Source: Paramoeba atlantica
Lineage: Eukaryota; Protista; Discosea
Direction of reading: 5' to 3'
Assembly: GCA_977017575.1 (NCBI GenBank)
Contig: CDRNVI010000196.1
Location: 2,538 to 66,537, forward strand
DNA: 64,000 nucleotides
The notes beneath the pieces were generated by a model, which worked only from the letters and a program-made list of their open reading frames with translations, did no database searches and was not told the origin of the DNA. Position numbers and translations under genes: made by a program. This document shows positions 24,336 through 37,500 of the stretch, in pieces (the first letter of the stretch is position 1; each line of letters starts with the position of its first letter).

Positions 24336-25974
24336 ATGGAAGAGAAGAAAACCGAACCAAGCACGGAGGAGGACGCAGAGCTCGTTGCTGCAATTGAAAA
24401 GGGAGATGAAGAACTTGTGAAAGAGATTCTCCAAAAAGAAGAAATTGATGTTAACTTCAAAGACAAGGTTTCACAAAAAATTGTTATTCAGAAGAGTTGA
24501 GTCTTTCAAAAGCTGGACTGGATTTTTGTTTCTTTTTTTGATTAATTGTTTTTTTTAAGGATGGAATGACCCCTCTTCACTGGGCTGCTCAGAATGATTT
24601 TGAGAAAGGTGTGAAGATTTTGATTGAAAAAGGAGCGAATGTTGATCTTCAAAACGAAGTTTTTTTGATTTTTGATTTCTTTTTTTTTTATGTGTTTTTT
24701 GATGTTTTTCTTCTGATTTGGTTGTTTGGTTTCTCAAAAACAAGAATTAACTCTTGTTGATTTGTTGATGTTTTGATGTTCTTTTTGTTAAAGGACGGAA
24801 AGACCCCTCTCCACTGTGCTGCTGAGAATTATTCAGAAGAAGTGATGAAAATTCTGGTTGATCATGGGGCCAATCCTGATATTCGAGATGCAGTTTTGAT
24901 TTTATCTTTTTTTTTTTGGTCTTTTTGTTTGTTGATTGTTCTCTTTTTGTTCAAGGTTGGATGGTCCCCTCTTCTCTGTGCTATTTCTGACGATTCAGAT
25001 GAAGTTGCGAAATTTCTTGTCGAACATGGAGCTGATGTTAATCTTCAAGACTCCAATGAAAGGGTTCAAAAAAAAAACAAATTTCATGAAAACAAACTTC
25101 ATCTTTTTTAAACAAATTTCATTTTAACTTCATTTTTCTTTTTTCTCAGGTGGGATTTGCTCCTCTTCATTTTGCTGCAATTTCTGAGAACCAAACAATT
25201 TTAACAAATCTTCTTGAACATGGAGCTGATGTTGATCTTCAAGACGATGTTTTGATTTTTTTCTTTTTTTGTTTGTTTTTGAGGAACAGAGAGAGCAATC
25301 CAATTGTGTTGAAAAATAATTTTAATTTTAATTTTGTTGATTTGTTCATTAGAAAGGATTTTCCCCTCTTCATGTGGCTGCTGACAATTGCTTTGAAGGA
25401 ATTGTGGAAATTTTGGTTGAACACGGAGCTAAGATTGATCTTCAAAACAAAGTATTTTGTTTTTATCTAATTGATGTTATTTTGATGTTCTATTTTTGTT
25501 TTGTTCATCAAAAAACTAACTTTTTTTTTGTTAATTTTGTTTGTGTGATTTACAGGGTGGAAATACCCCTCTTCATTTGGCTGCTAGGCAGAGTTTTCAA
25601 GAAGGTGCAAAAATTCTTGTTGAAAATGGAGCAAAGATTGATCTTCAAAACAAAGTTTTTTTTTTGTCTCCTTTTTTGAAAGAGAGAGAGATGACGATGT
25701 TTATTTTTGGAGTGTTTCGAATGCTTGAATTGATTAACACCAATTCCTTGACCGAATTTTTTTGAACTCTTTTTTTTCTTAGGATGGGAAAACAGTCTTT
25801 GATGTTGCAAGAGATCATCGAATTGTTCAACTAATCAACCAATTGATGGTTTGATTTTTTTCTTTTCTTTTTACAATTTTCAATTTTTGATTTTTGATTT
25901 TTGATTTTTGATTTTTGTAGGAGAAAAATATCAAGCCAGCAAGAAAAAAACGAAAGCTAACTCCAAAGGGATGA
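24336..25974 (+). CDS. Ankyrin repeat protein (N-cap, about 6 repeats, C-cap)
   Basis: Each exon is one repeat (e.g. DGMTPLHWAAQNDFEKGVKILIEKGANVDLQNE) with phase-0 introns at equivalent positions. It ends EKNIKPARKKRKLTPKG*. Confidence 0.9.
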
Positions 25975-26753
25975 GAACAAAAAAAAAAGAAGACCAAAAA
26001 AAAAATTCTTTTTCTCTTGAATGTCAAAAGTGAAAGTTCTTCTCTGTTCCTTTCCTTCTCTTGGAACCAAGACAGTTCCTTCTCTTTCAATTATGATGTC
26101 CCTCTGAAGAGGACACCACAATCTGTGACAGATTTCTCTGCCAGATTGGTTTGATTTGATTTGACCAACTTCGAAGTTTTTCAGTTGGGGAGGCATTTCT
26201 TTTTCGGTTTGGCTCTGGATTCTTTCTTCTGTTGGAGAGGATTCTTTATTCCGTTTTTCGTTTTCGGTTCCTCGTTCAACATTCCGAAAAACGAATTCAA
26301 AGTTCTTCGAAAATTCAAAGTCGGGAAATCACAAAATTCTCAGAGATGATGAAATTCATTTGGATCAAATCTCTGATTTGACAAATGACACACAGAAAGC
26401 TGAAAAACAATTGGTTGAGGATATTTCTTCTTTTTTAAAAACCCGAACGGATATCGGTAAGGAAGATTGACATATTTGGACAGACAAATTTGGATTTTTG
26501 GGGAGAAGCGGTGTTCCCTTCAAAAGTACCTGACGAAAAGGGTAAAAATGGGGTTGCGGCGACCTCCACAATCAAAAAATTCCAAAATCTTGGGGAACTT
26601 TGGGGGTCCCTGTTCTTGATTGCCGGCCTCTTTGGCCTCTCCATACCCTCCATTCAAATTAACTATGAGAAAGTTCCATCAGGGTGTCACAGCCAAAAAA
26701 AATTCAAACCAGAAAAAAAATTGAAAGGAAAAATTCCGAATTCCAAAATTCCA

Positions 26754-28552
26754 ATGACGCGGATCGTTCTTTGCCTTCTCTTCTTTTTCTCGTCTCTCTC
26801 TCTCCACGTCCTGGGTTCGTCTCATTCTGAAGCACCCGGAACTGCCAAAATTCCAAGCGCCGATGCTGTTGATTTCTACATGTTTCGATCCTACGAGGAT
26901 GACCGAGAGGATTACACAACTTTTATCTTGAATGCCTATCCACTCCAGGACCCGTTTGCTGGGCCAAACTATTTCGCGTTGAGTGACCAACACTTTTATC
27001 AATTCCACATCGACAATGACGGTGATGCAGTCTCGGATATCGACATTTCTTTTTACTTTGGGGCTCAGTTGGGAGGAGAGGAGTATCAAACACCCTTCGA
27101 CCCGGAGTTCTGTGATTGCAATTCTGGTACCGTACCAGATGAAACCAAACACCATGGACTTACCGTTGATATTTTGGATGCTGATGGTGTGTCTATCAAT
27201 CATCCCCAATTTGTCCCATTGAAGTTTATTGGGCCAGTGAGCGGACCAGACGATGCAACCCTCAACTTCAAAGAGACTTTCCAAATCCGATGGACGCAAG
27301 GTGGTGTGGATACTGAGATCGAAAATCCGAGTGGAGGCTTCTCTTTCCCAAAGCCATTTGACTACGCTGGAGAGAAAACTTTTGGGGATGCTGAAACTTA
27401 TGAATCGTATGCTCGTTCGTTCATCCAGAGCTTTTCGATTCCTAATTGCGCAGAACAAGGAAAAGTATTTGTGGGTCAGAGAAAAGAGCCATTCCATATC
27501 AATCTCGGGAAAATCTTTGATTTGGTTAACTTTATCCCAATTCAAGACTTTATTGAGCAGAGCGATAATAATAATGATCTCAGATTTATTAGTACCACTT
27601 CTCTTGTCATCGAGTTGCCAACCTCGTGTGTTTTGGGTGCCTCAGACGTTATTGGAGCTTGGACAACGGTTAACCAACTTTGTCATGCGGGTGCGGATCA
27701 TGTTGTTGGAGAGCAGTTCTCTCGATTGGGTAATCCTCTTGTCAATGAGTTGGTGATTGGTTTGGAAAAGAAAAAGGACTTCAATCAACAACCTCCAACA
27801 GACGATGCAGCCTCTTTCTTGGACTTTGTTCAATTCCCCTCCTTCCCAGCGATTTTGGATTTGTTGTTCAGAGATGCGGTCAATGATGCAATGGGCACTG
27901 ATATTAGCAATCTTGCTCCTAACAACTTACCAAGGAATGATTTGGTCACTGTCTTCCTCACCGGAATTGCAGGGCTCAACATGCCTCCTGATCCAAACTT
28001 TATGGCTTCCGAAATGATGCGATTGAACACAACTGTCCCTCCAACAAAGAGGCAAAATCAAGAACATTTGGGTATGTTATTTTCTTTTTTTTTCTTTCTT
28101 TTTTGCTTGTTTTGAGATATTTTTCTTGATTTTTTGCTTCAAATGAAAATTTTTCCTCCTCCTTCCTTGTTGGGTGCTGATTTTTCGAAAATTGAATAGG
28201 TTTGATTGGTGGAGATAGTGCTGGATTCCCGAATGGACGTCGACCTGGAGATGATGTGGTCGATATTGTGTTGCGAGTGGCAATGGGAGTTCTTTGTTAT
28301 TTAACTGATTTATGTGAAGAAGGCAATGCGCCTGTAGGAAATGTCCTGTTTACGGATGGAGCCCCTCTGACAGCGAGCGATTTTGATGATGAATTCCCTT
28401 ATTTAAGGACACCAGTTCCAGGGTCCCCTTTCCCTGGGAGTGGGACTCCGTCTCCGTCTCCATCCTCTTCCAGTGCAAATCTGTTGTCAGTCTCGACAAG
28501 CCTCTTTCTTGTTGCTCCTCTTTTGGCGATTTTGAATTTGTTCTGGTTTTAA
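26754..28552 (+). CDS. DUF4331-family secreted protein with a C-terminal hydrophobic (GPI-like) tail; one intron (28072-28199)
   Basis: Signal peptide MTRIVLCLLFFFSSLSLHVLG followed by SSHSEAP...DFYMFRSYE; also RLGNPLVNELVIG and GFPNGRRPGDDVVD, which I recognise as DUF4331 motifs. It ends SPSPSSSSANLLSVSTSLFLVAPLLAILNLFWF*. Confidence 0.8.
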
Positions 28553-28906
28553 AGAATCAAAATTTTTTTTGGATTGAATAAACCTGCTGGCGATAAAACC
28601 TGTCTGAAAAAATCATTTTTTTCTTTTTTGGTGACCAGAACACATCCTCTCTGTGCATCAACACTCAATAGAGATTCTAGAGAAGTTTGCAAACAAAAAT
28701 ACAAAAAGAAGATCATGAAATGACAAAAAATTCTTTTTTTTCTTTTTTTCTTTCTCAAAGTGATTTTTTGAATGTCCTGATTTTAAAAAATTCCCTTTTT
28801 TTTTTCAAAATTGTTGGGTCTGTTCTCCGAAATTTTTGGGTTTTTTGAAAAAGCCAAAAAAAAGACCTCAGAGGTTCAACTCAGAGGTTGAGGGTGGTGA
28901 AGCTCC

Positions 28907-30052
28907 TCATTTTCTTGCTGGTTTGATATATTTCCCCTAATAAGAATAATAATAAAATGAATTAGATTCACAAAGAAAAGAATATTGACACACAAAAAAA
29001 AAGAAAAATAAAACCATCAATTTGTTGAGCAGTTCAAGAATTTCTTCATCATCTGTCATGTCAAAGACTGTATTCCCATCCTAACACAAAAAAGAAAAAG
29101 AGGTTCCACAAAATCAATTCAATTGAATATTCAAATTCAGACTCAAACCTCAATAAAAAAAGATAAAAATCAAAATACTTTGTTTTGAATATCAACATTG
29201 GCTCCGCATTCAACCAAAATTTCTACAACATCTTTATGAAAATTGGTCACAGCAGAGTGAAGAGGGGTCCATCCCTCCTAACAACAAGTCAATAAAATCA
29301 AACAAAGAAAAGAAAATGAGATTATATTTGATATCCAACAGCCCCCCTCCTTTGATCTTTTACACACCCCAATCTCAAAAAATAAAACACAAAATAGAAC
29401 ATCAAAAAGAAGGACAGAGCAATAAAAAAATAAAAAAAAAAATAAAAAATAAAAAATACATTGTTTTGGATATCAATCTTTGCTCCCTGTTCAACAAGAA
29501 AGTTCACAATTTCTTTAAAACCATTGTTCGCAGCAAAGTCAAGAGGGGTATCTCCATCCTAACAAAAAAAAAACTCAAAACATACCAAAATAGAAATCAA
29601 ATATCAAAAATAAGGTCAAAAAAAAAAAGATAAAATCAAATTACATCATTTTGAAGATTAATCTCAGGTCCATGTCTGACCAAATTTTTCACAATTTCTT
29701 CAGAACCCCCCCAAACAGCACAATGAAGAAGGGAATCTCCAACCTAACAACAAATTAACAAAATCAATAAATCAAACACAAAAGAAAAGAAAAAGAAGAT
29801 TTCCTCCTCCTTTGATATTTTTCGAAAACAATATTGGAAAAAAAAAAGAAGAAACTTCAAAAAAACAAGAATTTCATTTTTTGAAACAAAAAAAACATCA
29901 AAAAACAAAAGAGAGATTCTAAATACAATTATAAAAATAACCTTATCTTTGCAGTTAATATCAATTTTTTGGGTTTGGAGAATCTCTTGTACAAGTTCTT
30001 TATCTTCTTTTTCAATCGCTTCAAAAAGCCTGTTTTCTGAGTCATCCGCCAT
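28907..30052 (-). CDS. Ankyrin repeat protein, paralog 2
   Basis: MADDSENRLFEAIEKEDKELVQEILQTQKIDINCKDK|VGDSLLHCAVWGG..|DGDTPLDFAANNG..|EGWTPLHSAVTN..|DGNTVFDMTDDEEI..|GKYIKPARK*. Confidence 0.85.
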
Positions 30053-30501
30053 CTCTTCTTCTTTTTGGGAGATAAATATTTTTGGGGTTTGATTTTTGAT
30101 TTGAGTGATTGGTGATTTGTTCTCTCTTTCCTTTCAATTCATTCACTTGTTTGGAGAAGGATTTTAAGAGAAAGAGAGAAAGAGAAAGAGAAACAAGAAA
30201 ACAATTTTCTAAAAATAGGGAGCTAAAAGTTCAAAACTCTTCTTCATTTTCATGAAACAATGGCAATCGACTCTTCTTCATTTTCTCTCTCCATTTCTTC
30301 TTTTTTAAAAAGATGTGGAAATTGAATAGAGCCATTCTCTAAAGCAAGAATTTCCTCTTCAAAGTATTCCTCAAAACTGACAATTTTTTCCTTTTTTCGA
30401 AAGCTTTTCTTCAAAACAGAAACACATTCAAAAAATCACTTTTAAAAGAAATATTTTTTTGATCTTCTTTTGTCTCTTTGTTTGCATATTTCCTCACTCT
30501 T

Positions 30502-32099
30502 TCATTCTCTTGGATTTAGTTTTCTTTTTTTTCTTGCTGGCTTGATATTTTTCCCCTAAAATAGTAAAATGAATTAGTTTCACTAAAAGAAAATTGGAAC
30601 AAAAAAGAGTAAAGGAAAATTAAAACAATTGATTTGTTGAATAGTTCAATAATTTCTTCATCATCTGTCATGTCAAAGACTGTATCCCCATCCTGTTCAA
30701 CACAAAAAAGAAAAAGAAGTTCAAAAAAGAAATATCCGCCCCTCAAAATCATTCAATCAATTGAACATTCAAATTAGAACTCAAAAACATCAATAAAAAA
30801 AGATAAAAATACTTCGTTTTGAATACCAATCTGAGCTCCATGTTCAACCAATATTTCCACAACTTCTTTCTCTTTACTGGAAACAGCAGAGTGAAGAGGC
30901 GTACATCCATCCTAACACAAATCAATAAAATCAAACAAAGAAAAGAAAGATTATATTTCCTTTGATGGCAACCCCCCCAATTCAAAACAAAAACAGAACA
31001 TCAAAATAAGGATGTTAATAAAAAAAGATAAAAAATACCTTGTTTTGGATATCAATCTTTGCTCCATGTTCAACAAGAAATTTCAATATTTCTTCAAAAC
31101 CATTGGTCGCAGCAAAGTGAAGAGGGGTATTTCCAGCCTAACAAAAAGTTAAAATAAACCAAAAGAGAAATTAAACATCAAAAATAAGACCAAAAAAAAA
31201 GATAAAATCAAAACTTCATTTTGAAGATTAACACTAGCTCCACATTTCACAAGAAATTTCACAATTTCACTCAAATCCTCCCAAACAGCAAAATGAAGAG
31301 GGGTATCTCCGTCCTAACAAAAAATCAAAACAAACCAAAATAGAAATCAAACATCAAAAAGAAGATAAAAAAAAAGATAAAATCAAAACTTCATTTGGAA
31401 GATCAATCTTAGCTCCATGTTCAACAAGAAATTCCACAATTTCTTTAAAACTGTTATCCTTTCCAGCAGCTAAGTGAAGAGGGGTATTTCCAAGCTAACA
31501 AAAAAAACAATATCAAAATAGATAATAAAAAAAAGATAAAAAAAACAAATAAAAATTTTAAATAAAATCAAAAATACTCTGTTTTGAAGATCAATCTCAG
31601 CTCCATGTTCAACCAATATTTTCACAACTCTCTCAAACCCCTCCCAAGCAGCCCAATGAAGAGGGGTATTTCCATTCTAACAAAATCAACCAAAATCAAA
31701 CAAAGAAAAGAAAAAGAAGATCAAATTTGAAATTCATCAAAACAATCTCCTCTCCTTGATCTTTTTGTAAAAAAAGAATTCACAAAAGAGATAACCGGAT
31801 CTTTGCAATTAAACTCGATTTCTTGTGTTTGGAGAATCTCTTGTACAACTTCTTCATCTTTATGTTCAATCACATCAAAAAGCTTCTTTTTTGAGTCCTC
31901 ACCCATCTCTTCTTTTTTTGAGAGAGCAATCTTTTGGGACTCATTATTTGAATGAAAAAGAAACAAACAAAAACTATTTTGTGAAAACCTTGTCTTGGCA
32001 GTTAAGATTGGTTTCTTGTGTTTGGAGAATCTCTTGTACAACTTCTTCATCTTTATGTTCAATCACATCAAAAAGCTTCTTTTCTGAGTCATCCGCCAT
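30502..32099 (-). CDS. Ankyrin repeat protein, paralog 3 (duplicated N-cap exon)
   Basis: Two N-cap copies (MADDSEKKLFDVIEHKDEE.. and MGEDSKKKLFDVIEHKDEE..), five repeat exons and a C-cap, ending GKNIKPARKKRKLNPRE*. Confidence 0.8.
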
Positions 32100-32518
32100 C
32101 TCTTCTTCTTTTTGGGAGATAAATATTTTGGGGTTTGATTTTTGATTTGAGGATTGATCCTTGTTCTCTCTTTCCTTTCAATTCATTCACTTGTTTGGAG
32201 AAGGATTTTAAGAGAAAGAGAGAAAGAGAAGAGAAACAAGAAAAAGAAAACAATTTTCTAAAAATAGGGAGCTAAAAGTTCAAAACTCTTCTTCGTTTTC
32301 TCTCCATTTCTTCTTTTTTTAAAAAAGATGTGGAAATTGAATAGAGCCATTCTCTAAAGCAAGAATTTCCTCTTCAAAAGTATTCCTCAAAACTGACAAT
32401 TTTTCCCTTATTTCGAAAAGGTTTTCTTCAAAACAGAAACACATTCAAAAAATCACTTTTAAAAGAAATATTTTTTTGATCTTCTTTTGTCTCTTTGTTT
32501 GCATATTTCCTCACTCTT

Positions 32519-34051
32519 TCATTCTCTTGGATTTAGTTTTCTTTTTTTTCTTGCTGGCTTGATATTTTTCCCCTAAAATAGTAAAATGAATTAGTTTCAC
32601 AAAAAGAAAATTGGAACAAAAAAGAGTAAAGGAAAATTTAAACAATTGATTTGTTGAATAATTCAATAATTTCTTCATCATCTGTCATGTCAAAGACTGT
32701 ATCCCCATCCTGTTCAACACAAAAAAGAAAAAGAAGTTCAAAAAAGAAATATCCACCGCTCAAAATCATTCAATCAATTGAACATTCAAATTAGAACTCA
32801 AAAATATCAATAAAAAAAAGATAAAAATACTTCGTTTTGAATACCAATCTGAGCTCCATGTTCAACCAATATTTCCACAACTTCTTTCTCTTTACTGGAA
32901 ACAGCAGAGTGAAGAGGCGTACATCCATCCTAACACAAATCAATAAAATCAAACAAAGAAAAGAAAGATTATATTTCCTTTGATGGCAACCCCCCCAATT
33001 CAAAACAAAAACAGAACATCAAAATAAGGATGTTAATAAAAAAAGATAAAAAATACCTTGTTTTGGATATCAATCTTTGCTCCATGTTCAACAAGAAATT
33101 TCAATACTTCTTCAAAACCATTGGTCGCAGCAAAGTGAAGAGGGGTATTTCCAGCCTAACAAAAAGTTAAAATAAACCAAAATAGAAATTAAACATCAAA
33201 AATAAGATTAAAAAAAAAGATAAAATCAAAACTTCATTTTGAAGATTAACACTAGCTCCACATTTCACAAGAAATTTCACAATTTCACTCAAATCCTCCC
33301 AAACAGCAAAATGAAGAGGGGTATCTCCGTCCTAACAAAAAATCAAAACAAACCAAAATAGAAATCAAACATCAAAAAGAAGACAAAAAAAAAAGATAAA
33401 ATCAAAACTTCATTTTGAAGATTAACACTAGCTCCACATTTCACAAAAAATTTCACAATTTCTTCACAACCATTGGTCGCAGCAAAGTGAAGAGGGGTAT
33501 TTCCAGCCTAACAAAAAGTCAAAACAAACCAAAATAGAAATCAAACATCAAAAAGAAGACCAAAAAAAAAAAGATAAAATCAAAACTTCATTTGGAAGAT
33601 CAATCTTAGCTCCATGTGCAACAAGAAATTCCACAATTCCTTTCAAACTGGTATCCTTTCGAGCAGCGAAGTGAAGAGGGGTATTTCCAAGCTAACAAAA
33701 AAAACAAAATAGATAATAAAAAAAAGATAAAAAAAACAAATAAAAATTTTAAATAAAATCAAAAATACTCTGTTTTGAAGATCAATCTCAGCTCCATGTT
33801 CAACCAATATTTTCACAACTCTCTCAAACCCTCCCAAGCAGCCCAATGAAGAGGGGTATTTTCACCCTAACAAAATCAACCAAAATCAAACAAAGAAAAG
33901 AAAAAGAAGAGATCTTTTTGTAATTCACAAAAGAGATAACCGCATCTTTGCAATTAAAATCGATTTCTTGTGTTTGGAGAATCTCTTTCACAACTTCTTC
34001 ATCTCCATGTTCAATTGCATCAAAAAGCTTCTTTTCTGAGCCATCCGCCAT
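32519..34051 (-). CDS. Ankyrin repeat protein, paralog 4
   Basis: MADGSEKKLFDAIEHGDEEVVKEIL, six repeat exons, and the same C-terminal exons as paralog 3. Confidence 0.85.
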
Positions 34052-34545
34052 CTCTTCTTTTTGAGAGATCAATATTTTTGGGGTCTGATTTTTGATTTGG
34101 GCAATTGACCGTTCTCTTCTCTTTCCTTTCAATCCATTCACTTGTTTGGAGAAGGACAACGAGCGTGGTGAAAAAAGAGAGAAACAAGAAGAAAAAAAGG
34201 GGAGAGAGAAATAAAGAAACAAGAAAAACAAGAAATTAGCACCTTTCTCCAAAAATAAGGTGCTAAAAAACCGGAAAGAGAAGAGATTTCCATTGAAACA
34301 AAAAATTGAGAGAAATGAGAAATGAGAATCTCATTTGGAATTTACTTGTGTTTGAGTCTCTTTTTCAAAAATGTGAGAATTATGTTCGTGTGTTTTTCCA
34401 AAAGATGGATAACTTTTATGATTACCAATGACGAAATTATTTTTGATGATTCATCACAACTCAAAAAAAAAAACTCTTTAAAAAAACAAATTTATTAAAC
34501 AAAAAAAAAAAAACAATCGAAATAAATAAAAAAAAACTTCCAATC

Positions 34546-37500
34546 TCAACAACAAAAGCATTTTTTCTCCCTTCGATAAGAGATAACCAACTCTGGATAA
34601 CCTTGACAATTATCATAGACAATATATTCTCGATATTTATCGACATCTGCAATTACCGAATCTAATAAACGGTCTCCTGATTTTGGTGGTCTTCTCTGAA
34701 AGGGAGAGAAAGATTGTTAAAAACAAGAAAAGAGAAAAGAGAAAAAGAAAAAGAAAAAGAAAAAAGGAAATAAAAGAGAAAAAAAAAAAAAAAACAAAAA
34801 ACAAAAAACAAAAAAACAAAAAAACAAAAAAACAAAAAAACAAAAAAACAAAAAAAAAAAACAAAACTTGATTTCGAAGATAACGATTAGTAAGACAAGG
34901 AGAACCAACAACAACACGAGAAAAGATAACATGACGGAGACCTTCACGATCATCATCACAATATTTATCACTCTTTTCTATATCATCTGTAAAGTAAATT
35001 CCTGATCCGTATTTTCCATCTAGTGATGATACTCGACAATCAAACCCCTTTTTTAATAAGAGAAGAGAGAGAGAAAGGGAGAGAAAGAGGAGAGAAAAAG
35101 AAAAGAAAAAGAAAATCAATCTAAGAATGTTTTCTGTTTTAAATAATAATAAAAATAATTGAACCGAAATAATAAGAATAAAAATAATAATCATTTAAAA
35201 AAGAGAAAAAAAAACTCTCAACAATAAATAAATAAATAAATAAAATAAAATAAAATAAAATAAAATAAAATAAAAAATAATACTTCACGATAAACAAGAG
35301 GAGCAGCACGAGCACTCGTACCATGAAGTAACATAACTTCTCGAATTCCACGATCTAATTCAAACTCTTTGTTCATCCAATCTGCCATTGTTTTCACATC
35401 TATTGGTTTCTGAAAAAAATGAAAAAGAAAAAAAAAAAAATTATTAATTTGTGGAAAAAAGTTAGGGAGGAAAAATGTTGATTCTTAAATCGTTTTTTTT
35501 GTTGATTCTTAAATCGTTTCTTTGTTAATTTTAAAAAATGTAATACCCCTCCCCCACCCCCCTATCTATTTTAAAAAGAAAAATAAAGAAATAATAATTA
35601 AAAAAAACCGCTAAATGACGCTTCTGAGCAATCAACTCTCTTGTCAAATGATATCTCCTCCAAAGATCAGGATTTTCAACTCGATGAATCATCACAATCT
35701 CTCCACCAACTCCTTCCACAATCCAAGACAATCGATCAATAAAATCATCTGTCACATCAATCAACTGGAACGTGACCGATTCTTCTTCTTGTTCAAGTTC
35801 CCAATAAACAGGGAGAGGGACTGCAGTGAGAACAGAGCTTGTCCTCACAACCTCTCTCTTCTCTTCATGTTGGATAAGAGGGAGCCCTTCAACCATCATT
35901 TCATCTTCATCTCGCAAATAATCAAGAGTACGAGGTCGTTCTTTCTTTGTACAGCAGGCACAACATCCACAACATGCTGCACAGAATGTTCCAAGGACAG
36001 CGAATTTCTCTGCAAAGACACAAACAAGAATTGAAGCAATGACAAGAACGAGAACACCAGCTGCTGTTGCCCCAACAACAACTGGGTCTGTGTAGAACTT
36101 CTCTGGAGGAGAAGGAGAAGGAGAAGGAGAAGGGAAAGGAGAAGGAGAAGGAGAAGGAATTGGAGAAGAAGTAGGACTTGGTACAGGAGATGGTGAAGGG
36201 ATGGGGGATGGTGAGGAAGAGGGGGATGGTGAGGGAGAAGGAATAGGAGAAGGAGAAGGAGTTGGGGTTGGAGTGGGGGTTGGTGTAGGGGTTGGAGTAG
36301 GAGTTGGAGTTGGAGTTGGAGTTGGAGTTGGAGTGGGGGTCGGGGTGGGAGTTGGAGTTGGAGTTGGAGTTGGAGTGGGAGTGGGAGTGGGAGTAGGAGT
36401 CAAAGTCGGAGTAGGAGTAGGAGTTGGAGTTGGAGTTGGGGTAGGGGTAGGGGATGGTGAGGGAGAACCACCAATGCAAGGGAGGCACAAAGAATTTTCT
36501 TCCGCAGAACAACAAGGAGGAACAGGACAAGAAAAATCATTGTCCCGAAGATCATAGTCTGTGATGCTACAAATCCAAGACCCAATGAGACCAGTCAAGG
36601 AGTTATCTTTCAAATATCTAAAAAAGAGAAAAGAAGAAAGTATGAGCGGAGACACAAAAAATAAAAATCAAGAAAGCAATCTTACAATTTTGTCAAAGAA
36701 TTTGGTCCATTCCATGGTAAATCTCCTATGAGATGATTCTGATCCAAATTTCTAAAAAAAAAAAAAAAGAGAGAATATAAACAAAAAAGAAAAGATTCAA
36801 AAAAAAAAGGAGATGAAAAAAATCAAACAGCGAAGTTAGGCTTTGAAGAGTTGAATAAGATTTGGGAATGGCACCACTAAACCGGTTCGAACTGAGATCC
36901 CTGTTCATCCACAAAACCATTCAGGTATATTTTTTAAAGGAAGGAAAAAAGAAAGGAAGGAAATGAATACACAGTTCGAACTGAAAGGAAACTAAGATCA
37001 GGAAGAGTGTTTTGGAAACTATTGCTGTGCAGATCACTACAAACAAGAAGAGAAATTAATAAATAAAACAAAAGAGAAAAAAGAAAAGAAAGAATCCCAG
37101 ACAGGGTCTCAAGCTCACGGAGATTCCCCAATTGAAAATTAAAGGATCCAAAAATTGAATTCTTGTGCAAATCACTATTTTTTTTTTTGAACTTTGAATT
37201 TTCTGGCATGAGAAAGAAAAAGAAAAAGAAAGAAAAAAAGGGACATGATGGTGGCATGGCTCAAATACGCGAGAGATGGTTGGATAACTCCTGACAACCG
37301 ATTGTCGGAGAGTTGTCTGCACAATTGGAGAAATTACAAACAAGAAAGAAAAAGAAAAAAGAAAAGAAAAAAACTGACAATTGTTTCACAACAGGGTTCC
37401 TAGAGTTGGTACAAGTGACGCCATGCCAACCACTTGCACATGGTTCGCCTACAAAAGAAAGAAAAGAAAGAAAAGAAAGAAAGAAAAGAAAGAAAGAGTC

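Larger units (their letters stand above)
30100..34170. repeat. Recent ~2-kb tandem segmental duplication carrying ankyrin paralogs 3 and 4
   Basis: About 30130-31700 is nearly identical to about 32170-33900, including introns and downstream DNA. The offset is about 2020 bp at the 3' end. Confidence 0.9.

Noticed and set aside
26679-27545. 288-aa minus-strand ORF
   Set aside because: It is the antisense shadow of the DUF4331 exon.
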